A DNA stretch of 64,000 nt from Bacteroidaceae bacterium (lineage in GTDB: Bacteria > Bacteroidota > Bacteroidia > Bacteroidales > Bacteroidaceae). The notes beneath the pieces are model-generated. The model saw only the letters and a list, made by a program, of their open reading frames with translations. It ran no database searches and was not told where the DNA came from. The position numbers and the translations under genes were made by a program. This document shows positions 57,867 through 64,000 of the stretch, in pieces; the first letter of the stretch is position 1, and every line of letters starts with the position of its first letter. The DNA lies in contig JAKSLP010000007.1 in the NCBI GenBank assembly GCA_024401115.1, positions 13,869 through 77,868 of the forward strand. Direction: 5' to 3'.

Positions 57867-58136
57867 ATGAAAATGAAAAATTGCAAAACCATCCACAACT
57901 GGCTGAAGTTCCAGCCAGAATGCCTCAAGTTTATCGAAACGCTCGCCAATCATCTCGATGAGGAAACCCGCGAGCAAGTCTTCCAACTTCTTGCCGACTA
58001 TTGGCGCTGGGGAGGCTACCCGAAGGATGAGCCATACAGTCAGAGTTCAGATGAAGCCAAGTACATCGCCACCCATCTGATCTACTATATCGAATTCATT
58101 GAAGGACAAAGGACTGAACTGCCAAGAAACTGTTGA
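57867..58136 (+). CDS. hypothetical protein
   Basis: 89 aa from the ATG at 57867. Its last 99 nt are repeated at 59986-60084. Confidence 0.5.
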   Translation: MKMKNCKTIHNWLKFQPECLKFIETLANHLDEETREQVFQLLADYWRWGGYPKDEPYSQSSDEAKYIATHLIYYIEFIEGQRTELPRNC

Positions 58137-58160
58137 TGTTTCAGCCCTTTGACAAAAATA

Positions 58161-58192
58161 ATAGCGGAGATTTTTCTCCGCTATTTCTATTT
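58161..58192. terminator. hairpin terminator after ORF 57867-58136
   Basis: ATAGCGGAGA-TTTTT-TCTCCGCTAT followed by TTCTATTT. Confidence 0.65.
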
Positions 58193-58243
58193 CAAACTAC
58201 ACAGGGAACTTTGTGTACATGGTACATTCTTCGTCTGTTAAAC

Positions 58244-58570
58244 TCATGCAATTATGATTCCTTCCCGTTCAACATTCTTGTAAAAAGGTGTAAACGACTG
58301 CTCTTCCCATTCCTTTTTGGTATACATGATTGGGATGATCATTTCTCCTAATTCCCAACCTAATTCTGTGAATGAGTTAGACACATTGTCATAATCCGAT
58401 TGCTCAATTCTGGCCTTATCCAAAATTACCAGAACATCCCAATCAGAGTCTTCATGCGCATCTCCTCTGGCACGTGATCCAAACAGGATAACATTGCCGG
58501 ATTCAGGAAGGGTGTCTTTTGCCACTCTACGCAATTCATTTATGATTGTATTTGTATCGCACATATTCAT
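58244..58570 (-). CDS. nucleotidyltransferase-domain protein (MNT-like)
   Basis: LFGSRARGDAHEDSDWDVLVIL (GSxxRGD...DxD) motif; 108 aa; no adjacent HEPN ORF. Confidence 0.8.
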   Translation of the reverse strand: MNMCDTNTIINELRRVAKDTLPESGNVILFGSRARGDAHEDSDWDVLVILDKARIEQSDYDNVSNSFTELGWELGEMIIPIMYTKKEWEEQSFTPFYKNVEREGIIIA

Positions 58571-58714
58571 TTACTTTCTTCGTTTGCAAAAATAACAAAT
58601 ACATTCTTACTACCCAAATTTATATTGAAAAAACAACCGTATTAAAGCCATGTACATACCAGTAAACTATAATAAAATTCGCCACCCTTTCGGATGGCGA
58701 GGTAATGTTATAAA

Positions 58715-59827
58715 TTAAAGTTTTTCAATCTCTTCGATAGGAAGATTAAGAGCTATATGAATTTGCTCACTGGAAAGTCCCATTTGCTTTAATGACCTAG
58801 CGCTCTCCATTTTTTCCTGATAGGCTTTAGCTTCACCTTCAGCTAATCCTTCAGCTCTACCTATTGCCTCACCTTCAGCTCTACCTTCAGCCCTACCTTC
58901 AGCGATGCCTTTAGCGATACCTTTAGCTTCACCTATTGCAAAGCCTTTAGCTTCACCTTCAGCTCTTCCTTTTTCTTCTGCCTCCATCTTAGCATAGAGT
59001 AAAGAATGCATATAGGCCATCTCGTTACGACGGTCCAGCTCATAGAGTTCCTGCTCCTCGGGAGTAAGATTGGCAAAACGGGCTTTTTCAGCCAATTGCT
59101 TATAAATTGGCTTGTCTTCCACAAAAGGTATCTGTTCCATATGCTTACTGTTATTAATGATGTAAAGCCATTCCTTCAGTTCGGTGTCGCACTCTTCCCA
59201 ACTCTTCAGCGCCGGAAGTTCCAGGAAGACCAGATGCATCTTGTCACTGAACCTACGATCGCCATCCATGGCATCCGTCAGCCAGATGTCGCGCATCAGG
59301 CGTTCTTCCTTTTCCAGGGAGAAGTTGGTAATAAAAATGCCACAGACCGGATCTATGCGGTACTCTTTCAGCTTTTTCAGCAGCTCCTCCTGCGTACGGG
59401 CGTTGTCTACTTCATCGTCCAACCTCTGCAGCTGGCTGTCTATGTTTCTCGCCACATAGTACAGCGCACGCTCCTTGAAGTAACTCTGAGATGCATACTG
59501 CATCTCTACAATAATAATTTCTCCTGTACTCAACGTACATTTCAGGTCAAAAACTACCTTCTTGCCTATCACGAAACGCGGTAGCGATTCAGTGGGCCGA
59601 TAGGTGATATCCGTAATTTTTTCTGTACGGTTCAGAATGGAATTGAGCAGGGCTATCATGAAGATCTTCTCACTGAAAATCATCTTGAAAGCGGTGTCAT
59701 ATCTCAAATCCAGAGGAGGGTTATTCTCCTCAGAGCCAATCGGGTTGACCATCCCTAGGCCAGTGGTGTCCTCTGATGAGTAAGGCGCCTGTGCCTTCAT
59801 CTCATCTATGGTCTTTCCTTGCACCAT
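58715..59827 (-). CDS. Rpn-family recombination-promoting nuclease / PD-(D/E)XK putative transposase
   Basis: YDTAFKMIFSE, FDLKC and VEMQ motifs; C-terminal (A/G)EG(R/E/K)A repeats; ATG at 59827 preferred over the TTG at 59869. Confidence 0.8.
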   Translation of the reverse strand: MVQGKTIDEMKAQAPYSSEDTTGLGMVNPIGSEENNPPLDLRYDTAFKMIFSEKIFMIALLNSILNRTEKITDITYRPTESLPRFVIGKKVVFDLKCTLSTGEIIIVEMQYASQSYFKERALYYVARNIDSQLQRLDDEVDNARTQEELLKKLKEYRIDPVCGIFITNFSLEKEERLMRDIWLTDAMDGDRRFSDKMHLVFLELPALKSWEECDTELKEWLYIINNSKHMEQIPFVEDKPIYKQLAEKARFANLTPEEQELYELDRRNEMAYMHSLLYAKMEAEEKGRAEGEAKGFAIGEAKGIAKGIAEGRAEGRAEGEAIGRAEGLAEGEAKAYQEKMESARSLKQMGLSSEQIHIALNLPIEEIEKL

Positions 59828-59985
59828 GTATTCTGTTGCGAAAATAGCGCAAGATTTCGGGACTGCCAAATTTTAGGGGGAGAATCTGTGAAAAACAATC
59901 AATTCTACTCTTATTGTCTTCTTTCTGTCTGCTGAGTCTATCGAATATATCAGTGTACACAAGGGGTACACAAGTCCATTTGTGT

Positions 59986-60084
59986 AGTCAGAGTTCAGAG
60001 GATGCCAAGTACATCGCCACCCATCTGATTTTCTACATCCAGTTCATCGAAGGGCAAAGGACGGAACTGCCAAGTAACTACTGA
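59986..60084 (+). pseudogene. 3' fragment of a homologue of ORF 57867-58136
   Basis: 99 nt, about 87% identical by eye to 58038-58136. It would encode SQSSEDAKYIATHLIFYIQFIEGQRTELPSNY* versus SQSSDEAKYIATHLIYYIEFIEGQRTELPRNC*. No upstream coding part is present. Confidence 0.75.
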
Positions 60085-60611
60085 TTTGTGGCAATACTAA
60101 GATTTCCCCACTAACAATCGTGTGAGTGGGGAAATCTTTCAAAATCATTTAGGAAGTATGGTTAACTTATCCTGAATTCTCGACAACAAAGAATCAACAA
60201 TTGGCAATATTGGTTTCAAATAATTGAAAGAATAAATTTAAAGATGAGGGTAATACTAATCTTAATTGCAATTATTCATGTTTTTTTTTGGGTAATTATA
60301 TTATTTTCCATAATTTTGCATTTGTCCTACGGGGAGAAATCCGTGGAGACAAGAAAATGCGTTTTTCTTTTATCTCTGTGTCCGAAATCGCCAATTTTTA
60401 AACAGGGGAATAGAAGCAAAAGACGCTCACATCGATTGTATCTATGTTTTTGCACAAGCAATACTGGTGTGGGTGATTTGTTATATTCATACCTGTGAAG
60501 CGTTTGGCGATGCTTGGACACTACGAAGAAACAAGTCCCCACGCTTTTCTTTTTATATGAAACAATAAATGAACTGATTTAGGGGGCTGATCAATATAAA
60601 AAATATTGAGT

Positions 60612-61736
60612 ATGCCTATCGTTAGGTCAATCTATTGGGAACAAAAAAGTATTGAGGAACTGATTTATAAGTTCCCATTTAATAATCTTGCCACAGGAAG
60701 TGTTCTCACTGTCAATGAAAGCCAAGAGGCATTGTTTTTCAAGAGTGGAGTGCTTATAACCAAATTTGGTCCAGGTAGACATGTATTGTCTACTTCCAAT
60801 TTCCCCATTCTTAGTAAAATCTTAGATAAAGCCATAAGTGGAGGTGATACTACTTTCTTGGCTGAAGTTTGGTTTGTAAGCAAACTGGAAAAAAGAAATA
60901 TCCTTTGGGGGGCAGGAAACTTAAGAGTAATGGACCCCTATTTCCAAATACCAATCAAGTTATCTTCCAGAGGTCAATATGGATTCCGTGTGGATGATGG
61001 GGCTTTATTTGTAAATAAAGTTATAGGAACCATTGGATTTGCCAGTTCAGAATTGATTGAAGAACAGTTTAGGGTAGATGTCATAGAATCATTCAAAGTA
61101 ACTGTGTCATCGTACATGAAAGAGCAGGGAATCAACATTAACGAACTTGCAAGTGAGTACCGTGGTTTAAGTGCATCTGTAAAAAAAGAAATCCAGAATG
61201 CATTTGATGCTTATGGCGTTGAAATCTTGAACTTCAATATCGAAGGTATTGATATTGACGAGGAAGACAAAAACTATCAGACCGTGATGGAAGGTGTAGC
61301 TGAGCAAGCTAAATTGAAGAAACTTGGTGTAAACTATGTCCAGAAACGCCAAATTGATATTGCAGAGACAGCAGCCGGTAACGAAGGAGCTGGTAATTTT
61401 ATGGGTATGGGCATGGGACTCGGTGTCGGTCAGACTATGGGTGGTATGGTAAATAATGCCATCCAACAAAGTAATCTGACGGCATCTGCAGTACCTCCAA
61501 CCCCTCAGTTGCCTTCTTATTACGTCGCTAAGAGTGGTCAGACAACTGGTCCATATAGAATTGATGTTATTCAGGAAATGATAGTTAATCGTGAAGTAAC
61601 TCCTATTACCTATGTTTATAAAGTAGGTGGAACCAACTGGATATTCGCAAAGGATGATCCTGAAATCTCCCAGATTTTAAGCATGCTGACTCCTCCTCCA
61701 CCACCATCTATGCCACCAGCACCACCATCCATGTAA
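60612..61736 (+). CDS. SPFH (band-7, YdjI-like) domain protein with C-terminal GYF_2 domain and proline-rich tail
   Basis: SPFH pattern VLTVNESQEALFFKSGV...GPGRHVL...FLAEVWFV; G/M-rich linker; GYF_2-like YYVAKSGQTTGPYRIDVIQEMI...VGGTNWIFA; PPPPPSMPPAPPSM end. Confidence 0.75.
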   Translation: MPIVRSIYWEQKSIEELIYKFPFNNLATGSVLTVNESQEALFFKSGVLITKFGPGRHVLSTSNFPILSKILDKAISGGDTTFLAEVWFVSKLEKRNILWGAGNLRVMDPYFQIPIKLSSRGQYGFRVDDGALFVNKVIGTIGFASSELIEEQFRVDVIESFKVTVSSYMKEQGININELASEYRGLSASVKKEIQNAFDAYGVEILNFNIEGIDIDEEDKNYQTVMEGVAEQAKLKKLGVNYVQKRQIDIAETAAGNEGAGNFMGMGMGLGVGQTMGGMVNNAIQQSNLTASAVPPTPQLPSYYVAKSGQTTGPYRIDVIQEMIVNREVTPITYVYKVGGTNWIFAKDDPEISQILSMLTPPPPPSMPPAPPSM

Positions 61737-61762
61737 TGTATAACCTTTAACCTTTTCACAAT

Positions 61763-62467
61763 ATGTTTAATCTCAAATTTGCAGGTTCTACCCTATTACT
61801 ACTGGCATGTACCTATTTTATTTTTGAATTAATCTTCCCAGAACACACCACCTTGTTTATCATTGACATGTTGGTGGTAGCAGTTGCTGAGATCATCTGG
61901 CTATGTAACTTGTTTTTCTTTATAAGTAAAGGAACGGGGGACTTATCAAATGTAGCTTTCATGCACTACTTAAGTATAGGTGCTTTCTGCATGGTTGTTT
62001 GGATGGTTATCTACAATATTAACTTTGCAGATACATCTAGTTTCATTACATTCTATGTAGGCTGTTTAATCATTTCAGTACTAACTATTCTTGGAGCATT
62101 ATTTACTTCAACTACCGCCCATGTTGCACAAAAGAAACAGGAGTTTGTACAGACACAGATAAACAGCAAGAAAGATTATAAGGCTGAAATATCTAATTAT
62201 GTCTTTAACACCAAGAAAGCATTGCGTAAATGTACTTTTGATGGCAAAGAAGATATCATCATGAAATTTCAGACTGTAGCAGACAAAGCTTCCACTATTC
62301 CAGCCGATGCACTGAATATAAAAGCAAATGAAGCTGAGGGTGTTTTAATTTCGCTTTCAGAAATTGAAATAATGTGTAACAGTTCAGAATGGTCAAAAGA
62401 AAAGATTGTAGCTCTTGACGAGAAAATCAGTGATTTGACTTTTAGCGTTAAAAATTTAAAATCATAA
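61763..62467 (+). CDS. hypothetical membrane protein (about 4 TM helices + cytoplasmic helical domain)
   Basis: Hydrophobic N-terminal half; 26 nt after the SPFH gene and 4 nt before the next gene. Confidence 0.6.
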   Translation: MFNLKFAGSTLLLLACTYFIFELIFPEHTTLFIIDMLVVAVAEIIWLCNLFFFISKGTGDLSNVAFMHYLSIGAFCMVVWMVIYNINFADTSSFITFYVGCLIISVLTILGALFTSTTAHVAQKKQEFVQTQINSKKDYKAEISNYVFNTKKALRKCTFDGKEDIIMKFQTVADKASTIPADALNIKANEAEGVLISLSEIEIMCNSSEWSKEKIVALDEKISDLTFSVKNLKS

Positions 62468-62471
62468 ATAT

Positions 62472-63074
62472 ATGGCTATTTTAAAATGTAACTCTTGCGG
62501 TGGAAACAAAATGCAAGATTTGGGAAATGGAGTTTATAAATGTCTGTATTGTGGAGCAATTGAAAAAGAGGATATTCAAGAAACTCCTGCTGCTCCACAA
62601 CCACAACAAATTGCACAACCCATTTTTGTGGTTCAGCAACCAATGTATCAAGCCCCAATAGAACCAGCCCATGTAGAACCCGCTCCAGAACATGGAACCA
62701 TGAGCTTTACAGATGCTATAAGAATATGTCTTACCGAAAAATACGCATGTTTCTCTGGACGCGCAACAAGAACAGAATACTGGTTTTATCAGTTATTCTT
62801 CTGGTTGGTATCTATCATTATTTATATTCTTGCTTTTAGCATGAATACTGATACGGTTGGTATTATTGCTTTAATGTTCATGCTAGCATTCATTCTTCCA
62901 GGATTGGGAGTTGCCGTAAGACGCTTGCATGACACTGGCCGTCCTGGAGCATGGGTTCTTTTAGGTCTGATTCCTTTTGTAAATTTTGTTGGCGGTATCA
63001 TCTTATTGATTTTCTATTGCACCGAAAGTGAGCCAAGATCAAATCAATACGGCAACTATGTAATCATGAATTAA
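62472..63074 (+). CDS. zinc-ribbon + DUF805 membrane protein
   Basis: KCNSCGG...KCLYCGA ribbon; P/Q-rich linker; DUF805 signature FSGRATRTEYWFYQLF...VRRLHDTGRPGAW. Confidence 0.78.
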   Translation: MAILKCNSCGGNKMQDLGNGVYKCLYCGAIEKEDIQETPAAPQPQQIAQPIFVVQQPMYQAPIEPAHVEPAPEHGTMSFTDAIRICLTEKYACFSGRATRTEYWFYQLFFWLVSIIIYILAFSMNTDTVGIIALMFMLAFILPGLGVAVRRLHDTGRPGAWVLLGLIPFVNFVGGIILLIFYCTESEPRSNQYGNYVIMN

Positions 63075-63085
63075 AAGGAAATGAC

Positions 63086-63526
63086 ATGGCAATATTGAAA
63101 TGTACTTCTTGTGGAGGAAACAAGATGCAAGCCTATGGTAATGGGGTCTACAAATGTTTATATTGTGGTGCCGTTATGCACGAAGAGCAGCCCAAAACGG
63201 CACCACAGCCACAGCAACAAATAGTGCCACAGCAATTTGTACAAGTTGCACCAATGTTTGCTGCACCTCAACAGCCAGATCGTCAAAGACTACATGACAG
63301 GAATAAGACAACTGCTGCATTACTGTCTTTTTTCTTAGGAACATTTGGCGCACACTGGATCTATTTAGGAAAGATAGGTAAAGGATTGTTATATCCATTG
63401 TTTATCATACTTGGTTTTTGGACAATAACATTACCTATCGGTATATTTATTGCTACACTCGTAGAGGGTATAAAATTCCTTATGATGGACGAAAAAGATT
63501 TTGACGAGAAATACAATTATCAATAA
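63086..63526 (+). CDS. zinc-ribbon + TM2-domain membrane protein
   Basis: KCTSCGG...KCLYCGA ribbon; P/Q-rich linker; TM2 signature NKTTAALLSFFLGTFGAHWIYLGK. Confidence 0.78.
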   Translation: MAILKCTSCGGNKMQAYGNGVYKCLYCGAVMHEEQPKTAPQPQQQIVPQQFVQVAPMFAAPQQPDRQRLHDRNKTTAALLSFFLGTFGAHWIYLGKIGKGLLYPLFIILGFWTITLPIGIFIATLVEGIKFLMMDEKDFDEKYNYQ

Positions 63527-63535
63527 AGTACTTTT

Positions 63536-63570
63536 CACAGTGCAAGCCCATTCAAAAAGGCTTGCACTGT
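63536..63570 (+). terminator. hairpin after the TM2-domain gene
   Basis: CACAGTGCAAGCC...GGCTTGCACTGT 12-bp stem followed by TATAATTATT. Confidence 0.55.
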
Positions 63571-63585
63571 TATAATTATTCAAAA

Positions 63586-64000
63586 ATGGGAAACATTTAT
63601 CAAGAAGCATTAACTCTCTTTCATTCGGGAGACTATGAGGGGGCGTTTGCTATGCTGAAAGATATAGATTCAGATCCACAGGCAACAATTCTGAAATATA
63701 AATGTCTTGTAAATATAGAAAAACAGTATTCTAATCTTATTGAGGATGCAGGCAAACATGGACGAAAAGACGACCAAGACTTACTATATCAAGACTACGT
63801 CAGAAAATATGGAGAGAGTAGTCAATTAGAAAACCTTATGGGTCTTAATCAAAAGAGTTCTCCCAAAGTCAATAATTCTCCAAAAGTGATAGAAGTGGAA
63901 AAGAACTATACCTTTGGCGAACTATTAAGCGAGTATCTAAGCGTTACTATGTTAATGATCAGCTTAGCTACATCAATCATTATCCTTATGATAATATGGG
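63586..64000 (+). CDS. hypothetical protein, 3' end beyond window
   Basis: The ATG at 63586 opens a frame with no stop to the window end (138 codons, checked by hand). It ends in a hydrophobic segment (MLMISLATSIIILMIIW). It is not in the supplied ORF track because it is open-ended. Confidence 0.55.
   Translation, partial: MGNIYQEALTLFHSGDYEGAFAMLKDIDSDPQATILKYKCLVNIEKQYSNLIEDAGKHGRKDDQDLLYQDYVRKYGESSQLENLMGLNQKSSPKVNNSPKVIEVEKNYTFGELLSEYLSVTMLMISLATSIIILMIIW

Larger units (their letters stand above)
58137..59985. mobile_element. about 1.85-kb cassette (NTase + Rpn nuclease) bracketed by a 99-bp direct repeat
   Basis: Direct repeats at 58038-58136 and 59986-60084 flank the two minus-strand genes. 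Confidence 0.4.
48369..60140. mobile_element. putative cryptic phage-like/integrative island (boundaries approximate; no integrase in window)
   Basis: Contains the HU-like gene, the defence pair, the primase/helicase-like module, amidase lysis genes and the Rpn nuclease cassette. Composition shifts within it. No structural phage genes, tRNA or integrase were seen. Confidence 0.35.

Noticed and set aside
60244-60542. Two small overlapping ORFs (84 aa on plus, 71 aa on minus) in the AT-rich gap before the SPFH gene.
   Set aside because: They are mutually exclusive, have odd composition and lack promoter or terminator context. The region is left as intergenic.
1-64000. tRNA, rRNA, tmRNA, RNase P or integrase/att sites that would delimit the accessory region.
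   Set aside because: None was recognisable by eye in any intergenic region. tRNAscan and Infernal were not run, so small RNAs could have been missed.

Overview
This is a 64-kb chromosomal segment with Bacteroidales hallmarks, probably Prevotella- or Bacteroides-like. The taxonomy is inferred from TAnnTTTG -7 promoter boxes in front of most operons and from NigD-like, LruC-like and long HU-like gene families. I count about 59 protein-coding genes and see no rRNA, tRNA or CRISPR array. 1-13 kb holds core genes: a 5'-truncated Y-family polymerase, thioredoxin, clpS-clpA-aat, an M14 peptidase and a GH30 enzyme. 14.0-15.2 kb is an unusual 1.16-kb ORF-free, partly very AT-rich spacer between convergent genes; it carries a perfect 25-bp inverted repeat and an orphan promoter. 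15-23.6 kb encodes secreted glycan- and lipid-acting enzymes, including an LTA-synthase-family gene broken by one in-frame TAA. 23.8-36.5 kb is the most unusual locus: a tightly packed five-gene minus-strand operon (Y_Y_Y sensor kinase with a degenerate H-box, coiled-coil/WD40 membrane protein, TPR-extended TonB-dependent barrel, single-module C-A-T-TE NRPS whose TE reads GxCxG, FKBP isomerase) facing a receiver-PP2C phosphatase plus soluble histidine kinase. 36.6-48 kb holds a GH5-like enzyme, a Sel1 protein, an M14 peptidase, an acyl-CoA synthetase, rhaM and nrdDG. From about 48.3 kb the window becomes an accessory mosaic. It contains an HU-like gene with a repeat-laden leader, a GC-rich AbiL-like (AAA ATPase + RloB) pair followed by unknown ORFs, and an origin-like inverted-repeat module in front of helicase-like and primase genes. 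It also contains a lysis-like cassette, an Rpn-nuclease/nucleotidyltransferase cassette bracketed by a 99-bp duplicated gene end, and an AT-rich SPFH-GYF / Zn-ribbon-DUF805 / Zn-ribbon-TM2 membrane cluster that runs off the window. All family assignments come from motifs read by eye in the supplied translations; no database search was run.
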